Shown here piece after piece: positions 56,520 through 64,000 of a stretch of DNA of 64,000 bases. The notes below the pieces were generated by a model that was not told the origin of the DNA, did not search any database, and worked only from the letters and a program-made list of their open reading frames with translations. The position numbers were made by a program, and so were the translations under genes. Source of the stretch: Candidatus Levybacteria bacterium RIFCSPLOWO2_12_FULL_41_12 (GTDB lineage Bacteria; Patescibacteriota; Microgenomatia; Levybacterales; UBA12049); NCBI GenBank assembly GCA_001784155.1, contig MFPL01000002.1, positions 34,012 through 98,011 of the forward strand, written 5' to 3'. Numbering within the stretch: position 1 is the first letter of the stretch; the number at the start of each line of letters is the position of its first letter.

Positions 56520-57248
56520 CTACTTATTTCCGTGGTTAGGCACTACCAAGCGAACCGCAAGAACACCGCCACCGCCGCCACCAGGCCCAAAGCCACGGAC
56601 ATCCAAACCGTCATCGGGATGCGCACGGCCGACAACCGCAGCATTAGAACCGGATTTAGTCGTTGGATTTTTTGTTCTTCCGTACCGATAGCCGTAATCT
56701 GGTCCAAATAACCATTCTCCTGTTTGATCTAAATAGTCAAAAGTAATTCCTGTAAGAGTCGATGCCTCGTTTGGAATTCTAACATCTACTCCAGATAATC
56801 CTAATCTTTCTCTTAAAGTCTCTCCGTCTCTACTGACCATCCTCTCCTGCGTAGCTAAATCTTTACCGCCTGTGCCGGGAATAAAGAATCTGTCCGGATC
56901 GGGATAAATTGCTACTTCAGCAAGACTTGAAGGGACATTAAGAAGTCCGTCTTCCGCATTAGCAACAAAATAAAACGAGGGTTTTTCTTTTTGTCTTTGG
57001 GCTTCTCTTTGTGAGGGAATAGTCTGATCGAGGGGCTTTAAAATAATTGCCCCGTCTTTTGATAAAGCGCGCTTTTCTACGGCAGTAAACTTATCGGCTT
57101 TCCCAACCTGTTCACGTCTTGGAAGAGGGACATCTTTCCCTCTAGCTTTATGCATTGCAGCAATTACATCCGCTCTTTCTGCGTCGCGGGGATCGTTTGT
57201 TACTCTAAGTTTTCTTTCGACCCATTCCATTCCCATATGAACGAACAA
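56520..57248 (-). CDS. DGR target protein (variable C-terminal ligand-binding domain, probable C-type-lectin/FGE-like fold)
   Basis: C-terminus ...GSNAAVVGRAHPDDGLDVRGFGPGGGGGGVLAVRLVVPNHGNK is the VR-encoded region. It ends with the xVRLVx-like segment typical of CLec-fold DGR targets. No obvious signal peptide. Confidence 0.8.
   Translation of the reverse strand: MFVHMGMEWVERKLRVTNDPRDAERADVIAAMHKARGKDVPLPRREQVGKADKFTAVEKRALSKDGAIILKPLDQTIPSQREAQRQKEKPSFYFVANAEDGLLNVPSSLAEVAIYPDPDRFFIPGTGGKDLATQERMVSRDGETLRERLGLSGVDVRIPNEASTLTGITFDYLDQTGEWLFGPDYGYRYGRTKNPTTKSGSNAAVVGRAHPDDGLDVRGFGPGGGGGGVLAVRLVVPNHGNK
56540..56655 (-). repeat. DGR variable repeat (VR) at the 3' end of the target gene
   Basis: Of the 20 mismatches to TR, 16 are A-to-G, 3 are A-to-C and 1 is A-to-T on the coding strand. 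Six TR adenines are unchanged. No non-adenine position differs within the 105-bp core. Confidence 0.88.
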
Positions 57249-57277
57249 TATATCAGACTATAGGGCGTTTGTCAAGT

Positions 57278-58282
57278 CTATAAATTGCGAAGCTCTTCTT
57301 CTATAAATTTATCCAGCTCGCCATCCAAAACTGCGTCCGTATTCGAAGTTTCATAGCCTGTCCTTAAATCCTTGACCATTTTGTAGGGATGAAGAACGTA
57401 GGAGCGGATCTGATTTCCCCAGCCCGGAGTTTTATAGCCACCCTTTAAGGATGCCTCCTCAGCTTTAACTCTTTCCTGCTCTATAAGCCAAAGCTTGCCT
57501 CTTAGAAGCTTCAGAGCGTATTCCCTGTTTTGAGCCTGATACCTCTCGGATTGGGCTGTCACTACTATTCCCGTCGGCTTGTGCTTTAGCCTCACTGCCG
57601 ATGAGACTTTCTGGACGTTTTGTCCTCCATGAGAGCTTGCTCTGTAGAATTCCCAGTCCAGATCGTCTTCTCGGATATCTGTCTCTATATCTTTTTCTAT
57701 TTCGGGCAGGACTTCGACAAGAGCAAAAGATGTCTGGCGAAGGCTGTCTGCGTTAAAAGGGGATTGACGAACAAGCCTATGTACGCCTGCTTCGTTTTTT
57801 AAATATCCATAGGCAAATTCTCCTTTAACCGTAAATGAAACACTTTTGAGACCTGCCTCCTCGCCTATGGTTTCTTCAAATACCTCGAGCGTCCATTTCC
57901 TTCTTTCCCCAAGCCGGCAATACATTCTGAAAAGCATACTCGTCCAGTCCATTGCCTCAACTCCGCCTTGACCCGAATGAATTGAAACTATTGCTGCCCC
58001 GCGATCAAAAGGACCGGATAGATAAGCATATACTTCAAGCTCCGAAAGAAGATTCTCGGCCTCTCCTAAATCTCCTGACTTAAGCAGAGAATTAATTTTT
58101 TCAACCTTCCCGAGCTCCTTCTGCACGGATGCCATTTCCTTCATCAGGATTGACGCCCTCTCGTTATCTTTCCAGAAGTTCGGGCTCTGGGACTCTTTAT
58201 GTATCTCCTCAAGTCTTTTTCTTTTTGCTTCAGGATTTAAAGAAACGATAATTTTTTGGGCTCTAAGCTTAATCTCTTCCAT
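57278..58282 (-). CDS. prfB: Peptide chain release factor 2, encoded in a single frame without the programmed +1 frameshift
   Basis: SPF tripeptide-anticodon motif, GGQ motif (GQGGVEAM...HSGQGG). The N-terminal region aligns to E. coli RF2 across the usual frameshift site without interruption. Confidence 0.9.
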   Translation of the reverse strand: MEEIKLRAQKIIVSLNPEAKRKRLEEIHKESQSPNFWKDNERASILMKEMASVQKELGKVEKINSLLKSGDLGEAENLLSELEVYAYLSGPFDRGAAIVSIHSGQGGVEAMDWTSMLFRMYCRLGERRKWTLEVFEETIGEEAGLKSVSFTVKGEFAYGYLKNEAGVHRLVRQSPFNADSLRQTSFALVEVLPEIEKDIETDIREDDLDWEFYRASSHGGQNVQKVSSAVRLKHKPTGIVVTAQSERYQAQNREYALKLLRGKLWLIEQERVKAEEASLKGGYKTPGWGNQIRSYVLHPYKMVKDLRTGYETSNTDAVLDGELDKFIEEELRNL

Positions 58283-58298
58283 AGAAACTACCTCTCAG

Positions 58299-58688
58299 TC
58301 AAAAGTTTTTACAAAGGTTCTCGCAGGTCTGGCGGGCGGTACTTGAAGGCAAATCTTTTAAAGTTTTTATATCGTTTAATATTTTCTGAATTTGCGGGGA
58401 AGAAGATGCAATTTCCTCGACGTCTACGCTATCCAAATCTTCTTTAATTAACCCCACTTTTTCTTCCAGATCTATGCTGAATTGAGGAGTCTCCACACCC
58501 TCAAAGGCATCCTGAGTAGTAAGCTTTTCGGTTTTTATTCCCCTTGTGTCTTTTTTCGTAGTCCCTCCATCATCTAAGAGCACCGACTTTAGCGTGAAGA
58601 AAAGAAGAGCTACGCCTAAGAGAAAAAGGCAAGCTAAAACTATCTTTTTTTTGTCCCACGGTTCTCGTTCAGTATCTCTCTCTTTCAT
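58299..58688 (-). CDS. Membrane-anchored hypothetical protein
   Basis: N-terminal TM helix and an acidic extracytoplasmic domain. Confidence 0.4.
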   Translation of the reverse strand: MKERDTEREPWDKKKIVLACLFLLGVALLFFTLKSVLLDDGGTTKKDTRGIKTEKLTTQDAFEGVETPQFSIDLEEKVGLIKEDLDSVDVEEIASSSPQIQKILNDIKTLKDLPSSTARQTCENLCKNF

Positions 58689-58753
58689 CTCACAATTGTA
58701 AGTAAACTCTCCGGTTATTGCAAACAGGCTAGTCTATCTAATACTATTGTTTT

Positions 58754-59731
58754 ATGCACTCCTTTGATCTGTTGTCCATAGGAAACGTTACAGTCGACAT
58801 CTTCTTAAGTATTCCTGATGCCAGTGAACACTTCAGTGTCACAGCAAACAAAGAGCTTGTCTTAAAAATCGGAGATAAAATTCACCTTGAGAAATATGAC
58901 ATTTCACTTGGAGGAGATGCCTCAAATGTAGCAATAGGCGTGGGAAGACTCGGATTTTCGACAACCCTTGCAGCGGAAACAGGATACGATGAATTTCTTC
59001 CAAAGATTACAAAAACTCTTGAGAAAGAAGGAGTAGATCAATCACTCCTAAGGCGGGGTCAGGAAAAGGAATCGTGTTTTAGCGTAATAATTAATTATAA
59101 AGGAGACAGAATAATTTTTGCTGAAGAAAGGCAGCGCGAGCATAAATTTGATTTTACGCAAATCGAGACAAAAATCGTTTATCTCACGAGTCTTGGAAAA
59201 CAGTGGATAGACGCTTACGAAAAAGCTTTGCTGTTCGCAGAACAAAATTCCTCGAGACTCATTTTTAACCCGGGCGCGCATCAGATCGAAGAAAAAAATG
59301 AAATCATAGGGAAGGTTTTGAAAAGATGCGATCTAATATTTCTAAATAAGGAGGAGGCAAAAACCATACTTGGCGAGAATCCTTTGGAAATAAGAGAACT
59401 TGCTCAAAAAATTAAGGCGCTTGGCCCGAAAGAAGTTGTTATAACTAATGGCGTGGAGGGTTCGTATTTTCTAGATAACCAAGGGGTACTATATAAAGCA
59501 GGCTTGGTTCAAACGGAAGTTGTAGAAAGAACAGGCGCAGGCGACGCATTTGCTTCAGGATTTATATCGGCAATACTTCTTGGATTACCTCCGGAAGAAA
59601 GACTATTTTGGGGTAGTGCTAATTCGGCATCGGTCATAGGACAACTTGGCGCTATAGCAGGACTTCTTTCAAAAGAAGAGATGGAAGAAAAGTCAAAGAG
59701 CAAATCTAGTTTCAGAGTAGAAAAACTTTAA
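58754..59731 (+). CDS. PfkB-family carbohydrate kinase (ribokinase-like)
   Basis: N-terminal GG motif (LGGDASNVAIGVGRLG) and C-terminal TGAGDAFASGF anion-hole motif. Confidence 0.85.
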   Translation: MHSFDLLSIGNVTVDIFLSIPDASEHFSVTANKELVLKIGDKIHLEKYDISLGGDASNVAIGVGRLGFSTTLAAETGYDEFLPKITKTLEKEGVDQSLLRRGQEKESCFSVIINYKGDRIIFAEERQREHKFDFTQIETKIVYLTSLGKQWIDAYEKALLFAEQNSSRLIFNPGAHQIEEKNEIIGKVLKRCDLIFLNKEEAKTILGENPLEIRELAQKIKALGPKEVVITNGVEGSYFLDNQGVLYKAGLVQTEVVERTGAGDAFASGFISAILLGLPPEERLFWGSANSASVIGQLGAIAGLLSKEEMEEKSKSKSSFRVEKL

Positions 59732-59781
59732 ACATTGAAAATTCATTAAAAATTGGGAATTAAAAATTGAAAATTTAGAGT

Positions 59782-60549
59782 ATGGTGGACCTATCAAAAA
59801 TTATTCACACAAACGGCAAAGCTATTTTTTTAGCTTATGACCAGGGCTTGGAACACGGACCTACAGATTTTAACGATGAGAACGTAGATCCGACTTTCGT
59901 GCTGGGAATTGCAAAAGAAGGGGACTATAGCGCAGTCATACTTCAAAAGGGAATTGCGCAAAAATACTATACGGACAGATATAGGTCTGTACCCCTGATA
60001 GTAAAGCTTAACGGAAAAACTAACTTAGTAGCACATACCGATCCCTATTCCCCTCAGATTTGCAGCGTTCTTGAGGCTATAGAATTAGGAGCCTCTGCAG
60101 TCGGTTATACCATTTATGTGGGCAGCTCCTATGAACCGGTCATATTTTCTGAGTTTTCAAAGATTGAGAAGGAGGCTCACGAAAAAGGACTTCCCGTAAT
60201 TGCCTGGATGTATCTTCATGGGTCAGGAACAAAAGGAAAAGATGTAGGAGAAATGACTGCATATGCTACAAGACTAGGCCTTGAGCTTGGGGCAGATATA
60301 GTAAAGATAAAATATCCGGGAGACTTGGAGGCTCTTTCGTGGGCAGTAGAATCAGCAGGGTTAACAAAAGTTGTCGTATCAGGAGGAGAAAAGAGGGAAG
60401 AGGAGGAGTTCTTAACTACTGCAAGAGAAGTTATGAAATCAGGAGCAATTGGCATGGCAGTGGGCAGAAATATTTGGCAGAATGACAATCCAATGGTAAT
60501 AACTGATAAACTAAAAGCGATAGTATATGGTGAGCCTGTCGAACCATGA
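59782..60549 (+). CDS. fbaB: Class I fructose-bisphosphate aldolase, DhnA/FbaB type
   Basis: Archaeal-type class I aldolase blocks (AYDQGLEHGP, Schiff-base Lys region VKIKYPG). Confidence 0.85.
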   Translation: MVDLSKIIHTNGKAIFLAYDQGLEHGPTDFNDENVDPTFVLGIAKEGDYSAVILQKGIAQKYYTDRYRSVPLIVKLNGKTNLVAHTDPYSPQICSVLEAIELGASAVGYTIYVGSSYEPVIFSEFSKIEKEAHEKGLPVIAWMYLHGSGTKGKDVGEMTAYATRLGLELGADIVKIKYPGDLEALSWAVESAGLTKVVVSGGEKREEEEFLTTAREVMKSGAIGMAVGRNIWQNDNPMVITDKLKAIVYGEPVEP

Positions 60550-60995
60550 AAATATTTATCGGAGCTGACCATAGGGGATTTGAATTAAAAGGCAAGATTA
60601 TTCTTGAGCTCCTTTCCTCAATGGGTAATGAATATATAGAAGATTGCGGAGCATTTGAGTTTTCTCAAAACGATGACTACGTAGATTACGCGAAGAAAGT
60701 TTCAGAGAAAGTTTTGGCAAACGAAGGATCGAGAGGAATAGTAATCTGTGGATCAGGCGTAGGGGTAGATATTGTAGCAAATAGGATAAAAGGGATAAAA
60801 TGCGGTCTGGGATTTAATCCCGATCAAGTACGAAACGCGAGAAATGACGATGATATAAATGTCTTGGCCCTCGGGTCTGACTTTATAGATTTTGATGGTG
60901 CAAAAAGAATAGTAAAATCTTTCTTAGAAACTCCATATGATCCCGCCGAAAGACACGAACGAAGAATAAGAAAAATAGAAGAATTAGAAAATTAG
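60546..60995 (+). CDS. rpiB: Ribose-5-phosphate isomerase B (RpiB/LacAB family)
   Basis: KIFIGADHRGFELK...VICGSGVGVDIVANR pattern. Confidence 0.85.
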   Translation: MKIFIGADHRGFELKGKIILELLSSMGNEYIEDCGAFEFSQNDDYVDYAKKVSEKVLANEGSRGIVICGSGVGVDIVANRIKGIKCGLGFNPDQVRNARNDDDINVLALGSDFIDFDGAKRIVKSFLETPYDPAERHERRIRKIEELEN

Positions 60996-62032
60996 GATTT
61001 TTTCCCCACCATCACTACTTCTTCGACAAGTCTATTTGCATATCCGTATTCGTTATCATACCAGGCTATGACTTTTACCATATTTCCTCCGACAACTTGA
61101 GTAAGAGAGAGATCAACTATAGCGGAAGCAGGATTTCCTATAATATCTGAGGAAACAATAGGATCTTCCGTCGTTTCAAGTATTCCCTGGTAATTCTTGT
61201 CTTCTGAGGCTTTTTTAAACGCATTGTTGACTTCCTCCTTGCTTGTTTCTTTTTTGGTGACGAACGTAAAATCGGAGAGTGATCCCACGGGTACGGGTAC
61301 ACGTAGAGCCAATCCTTCAAAAATTCCCGAAAGTTCGGGTAAAGCTTTACCTGCAGCAATTGTAGCGCCTGTTGATGTAGGGATAATATTAAGGCCCGCT
61401 GCCCTCGCTCTTCTATAGTCTTTATGCCCTCCGTCCTGAAGCCTTTGGTCTGAAGTATATCCGTGCACTGTAGTCATCATTGCTTTTTCTACCCCAAAAT
61501 TATCTACCATAACTTTTGCAACAGGCGTAATACAGTTCGTAGTGCAGGATGCATTGCTGATTACATCTTCGCCAGAGTAATCCTCTGCGTTTACCGACAA
61601 GACATATGTCGGAATATTTCCCTCCTTCACGGGTGCCGACAAAACCACAGCTTTTGCTCCTGCCTGAAGATGCAATTTCAAACTTTTTTCGCTTTCAAAA
61701 TGGCCCGTTGATTCAATAACTACGTCTATTCCTAAATCTTTCCAGGGAAGAAGTCCCAGATCTTTTTGCGAAAACATTTGGATTTTCTTTCCACTTACCA
61801 ACATTTCCCCTAAGAAGTCAGCCTTTGACTGACTATTTTCTTTAACGGTTATCTTGTTAGGGAACGTCCCGTAAACAGAATCGTATTTGAGAAGATACAT
61901 CCATCCCTTAATGTCAGTTGAGGAGCCGGCATTTATAGCTACAACATCTAGCTGTTTGGAAAATCTCTCGAGAATTACTCTATGCGCGAGTCTCCCGATA
62001 CGCCCATATCCGTTAATTGCGACTTTTATCAT
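60992..62032 (-). CDS. gap: Glyceraldehyde-3-phosphate dehydrogenase (type I)
   Basis: NGYGRIGR Rossmann and the ASCTTNC catalytic-Cys motif. Confidence 0.92.
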   Translation of the reverse strand: MIKVAINGYGRIGRLAHRVILERFSKQLDVVAINAGSSTDIKGWMYLLKYDSVYGTFPNKITVKENSQSKADFLGEMLVSGKKIQMFSQKDLGLLPWKDLGIDVVIESTGHFESEKSLKLHLQAGAKAVVLSAPVKEGNIPTYVLSVNAEDYSGEDVISNASCTTNCITPVAKVMVDNFGVEKAMMTTVHGYTSDQRLQDGGHKDYRRARAAGLNIIPTSTGATIAAGKALPELSGIFEGLALRVPVPVGSLSDFTFVTKKETSKEEVNNAFKKASEDKNYQGILETTEDPIVSSDIIGNPASAIVDLSLTQVVGGNMVKVIAWYDNEYGYANRLVEEVVMVGKKS

Positions 62033-62036
62033 ACTT

Positions 62037-62414
62037 TTAGCTTAACACCTCTTTTACTTTTTTAACAATGGCGCTGCTTGAGATTTCTTCATAATTTAAA
62101 AGCTCTTCAGGCGTACCACTTCGGGGCTTTTTTGAAACTGCCAAGCTGTATACTGCTGTCTTTAATCCGGAGAGGCAGGAGCGGACCGCATCTGCGATTC
62201 CGCCTTCTGGATAATGATCTTCAACAACTACTATCACACCTGTCTCCTCCACTGCTTTTTCTAGCGTCGCACAATCTATTGGCTTAACAGAATACATATC
62301 TATCACCCTTACATTTATTCCGTCTTTTTTTAGCATCTCATGTGCCAAAAGAGCCTCATGGATTGTTATCCCTGCTCCGACAACAGTCACCCCATCTTTG
62401 TCCGATTCTTTCAA
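62037..62414 (-). CDS. tkt: Transketolase C-terminal domain (125 aa), same frame as the upstream tkt ORF and lacking an ATG start
   Basis: VTVVGAGITIHEALLAHEMLKKDGINVRVIDMYSVKPID is the TK C-terminal domain. The only available start is a TTG 9 nt after the in-frame TGA. Confidence 0.7.
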   Translation of the reverse strand: MKESDKDGVTVVGAGITIHEALLAHEMLKKDGINVRVIDMYSVKPIDCATLEKAVEETGVIVVVEDHYPEGGIADAVRSCLSGLKTAVYSLAVSKKPRSGTPEELLNYEEISSSAIVKKVKEVLS

Positions 62415-62423
62415 AGTCTTACT

Positions 62424-63965
62424 TCAGCCAATTGGGAACTCTTCAGAATTCTCGTAAATAACAGGCGTCTCTTTTCGCGTGGTCCGTAAATAAACAATCC
62501 CATTTGTATTTGCGGCTTGAAGGGTAAGCTTGGCGCAGGAAACTGCGTCTGATGGATATAAAACAGCACTACCAAACACGCTTCGGAACATTGAGATATC
62601 TTCAAGACCCATCTGGGACGGCCCGTCTTCACCAATTGACACTCCTGCGTGTGAACCGACAAACTTTATGTTGGCGTTAGAATATGCTGCCATACGTATT
62701 TGGTCATGCGCGCGAGACCAAAATGCTGCAAAGGTAGAAGCAAAAGGAATTTTCCCTCTTTTTGAAAGCCCGATTGCAACTCCTACCATATTCTGCTCTG
62801 CGATATACATTTCGAAGAAACGCTCAGGATACTTGAGCTTAAAAATTTCAGAATAAGTAGAATTTGAGACTTCAGCATCAAGAACGACTAGGGGAGTGTC
62901 CTCAGAAAAAATGGCGACCAATGTTTCACCGTATGCTTTTCTTGTAGCAATTAAATCTCCCTTATTATATTGTGCGACGCGAGATCCATGAAACCCGGAG
63001 AAGGGCTGATTTACGCGGCCTAAGCTCTCACGCTTATCAATATGTCCCCGAAGAGTCTTGTCTATATCCTCAAGCTCTTTCAAGGCCTCCCCTAGTTTTT
63101 CGTAGGGGAGTGTCTTGCCGTGCCAGCCAATCTTATCCTCCATAAACGAGACACCTTTACCCTTTATGGTCTTTGCAATTATCATCACAGGCTTGTCTTT
63201 GGATGACTCTGCGAGAGAATAGGCGTCCGCGACTTCTGTGACAGAATGACCGTCTATAACTATAGTCTCCCAGCCAAAAGAAGAAACTCTTTTGGCATAT
63301 TCTTTAACATTATGCCCAAGCATTGTCTCTCCTCTCTGACCCAGCCTATTTACGTCGAGAATTCCGATCAAATTACTAAGTTTATAGTATGAGGCGAGCT
63401 GTATCGCCTCCCACACTGACCCTTCCGCCATTTCACTATCCCCCAATAGAACGAATGTTTTGTATGGAAGCTCGTCTAGCTTTGCATTTAAGGAGTAGCC
63501 CACACCAATTGATAACCCCTGGCCTAAAGACCCTGTCGCCACTTCTGCATACGGAAACTGCGGAGTAGGATGACCTTCAAGAACACTTCCGAACTTTCTA
63601 TAAGTCAGGAGCTCTTTTTCTGACATGACTCCGGCTGAAGTCCACAAAGCGTACAAAAGCGGGCTGGCATGACCTTTGGAGAAAATAACCCTATCGTTTA
63701 AAGGATTTTGTATGTCCTTAAGGTCGTATTTTAAAAACCCTCCAAAGAATAGCACAGTCATAAGTTCTACAGCTGATAAAGAGGACGAAGGGTGGCCAGA
63801 GCCAGCCTGGGTTGTAGATTTAAGGATATAATAACGAATAAGCTTTGATAGCTCTTTAAGGTTATCCATAACTTTATAGTAAATAGAAAATAGTAAATAG
63901 TAAATAGAGCCATTACGGCATTGCGCGGGGAGCTTGTGAATTTTTCGCACGAACATCAGGGACAA
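62424..63965 (-). CDS. tkt: Transketolase, N-terminal TPP-binding plus central Pyr domains (513 aa), terminating at an in-frame TGA
   Basis: TPP-binding GDG-type region. ...HPSSSLSAVELMTVLF... and the Pyr-domain blocks. The stop TGA at 62422-62424 is followed in the same frame by the C-terminal domain. Confidence 0.85.
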   Translation of the reverse strand: MSLMFVRKIHKLPAQCRNGSIYYLLFSIYYKVMDNLKELSKLIRYYILKSTTQAGSGHPSSSLSAVELMTVLFFGGFLKYDLKDIQNPLNDRVIFSKGHASPLLYALWTSAGVMSEKELLTYRKFGSVLEGHPTPQFPYAEVATGSLGQGLSIGVGYSLNAKLDELPYKTFVLLGDSEMAEGSVWEAIQLASYYKLSNLIGILDVNRLGQRGETMLGHNVKEYAKRVSSFGWETIVIDGHSVTEVADAYSLAESSKDKPVMIIAKTIKGKGVSFMEDKIGWHGKTLPYEKLGEALKELEDIDKTLRGHIDKRESLGRVNQPFSGFHGSRVAQYNKGDLIATRKAYGETLVAIFSEDTPLVVLDAEVSNSTYSEIFKLKYPERFFEMYIAEQNMVGVAIGLSKRGKIPFASTFAAFWSRAHDQIRMAAYSNANIKFVGSHAGVSIGEDGPSQMGLEDISMFRSVFGSAVLYPSDAVSCAKLTLQAANTNGIVYLRTTRKETPVIYENSEEFPIG

Positions 63966-64000
63966 TGACTTTATGGACGGTACAAACTATTTCCCGCAGG

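Larger units (their letters stand above)
54638..57248 (-). mobile_element. Diversity-generating retroelement (DGR) cassette: target gene with VR, TR, antisense Avd-like ORF, and DGR reverse transcriptase
   Basis: TR and VR differ at 20 of 105 aligned positions, every one a TR adenine on the coding strand. The RT carries the DGR-specific IGNLTSQ-type motif. See the individual features. Confidence 0.88.

Noticed and set aside
56394-56711. 105-aa plus-strand ORF overlapping the VR
   Set aside because: Antisense to the VR and the target gene. Arg/Ala-rich translation typical of reverse-strand reading of a GC-rich repeat.
57620-57802. Short plus-strand ORF inside prfB and the similar antisense ORFs listed across the window (e.g. 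8558..8809, 14967..15227, 33785..34054)
   Set aside because: All lie fully inside well-supported genes on the opposite strand.
62422-62424. In-frame TGA in tkt as evidence of genetic code 25 (UGA=Gly)
   Set aside because: nth at 6412-6414 and other genes terminate with TGA at natural protein ends and with overlapping downstream starts. The genome appears to use the standard bacterial code.

Overview
This 64 kb window is gene-dense and AT-rich. The gene content and architecture are consistent with a small-genome Patescibacteria/CPR-like bacterium; that placement is inference, not a database result. Observed traits are short housekeeping genes, a 102-aa truncated TsaB, many genes with no Shine-Dalgarno and a TATAAT box 6-9 nt before the ATG, and a DGR.

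I call about 85 CDS and two tRNAs, tRNA-Glu(CTC) on + and tRNA-Gln(CTG) on -. There is no rRNA and no CRISPR.

Housekeeping content: Lon, Nth, an AlkA-like glycosylase, SuhB-type IMPase, RidA, a DEAD-box helicase with an RRM protein, GluRS, AspRS, RecJ, CCA-adding enzyme, SecDF, TsaE/TsaC/TsaB, FtsEX with an M23 peptidase, RF2, and a glycolysis/PPP block (PfkB kinase, class-I aldolase, RpiB, GAPDH, transketolase).

Accessory content, in order of interest:
- A complete diversity-generating retroelement at 54.6-57.3 kb. It has a DGR-type reverse transcriptase, a ~115 bp template repeat and variable repeat differing at 20 positions that are all template adenines, a target gene whose 3' end is the VR, and an Avd-like four-helix-bundle ORF antisense in the TR-RT spacer. 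A (CA)n microsatellite sits just upstream of the RT.
- A 482-aa protein whose C-terminal third resembles a RelA/SpoT-type small alarmone synthetase nucleotidyltransferase domain behind an unknown N-terminal domain.
- A dispersed promoter-associated repeat family between 9.2 and 18 kb (cores GGGCAATTATAGC and CCCTTCGACTGCGCTCAGG), in several cases forming the -10 and spacer of leaderless promoters.
- A RelB/RelE-like toxin-antitoxin pair followed by a tandem-repeat element.
- A ~10 kb nucleotide-sugar/glycosylation island (rmlA/B/D, ugd, uxs, gmd, rmd-like, GT2-GtrA, GT39) with an adjacent single-domain NDP-hexose 2,3-dehydratase-like gene.
- A rhodanese-DUF302-rhodanese cluster.
- A transketolase gene interrupted by a single in-frame TGA.

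Every identification is from reading motifs in the translated ORFs and the DNA; no searches were run.
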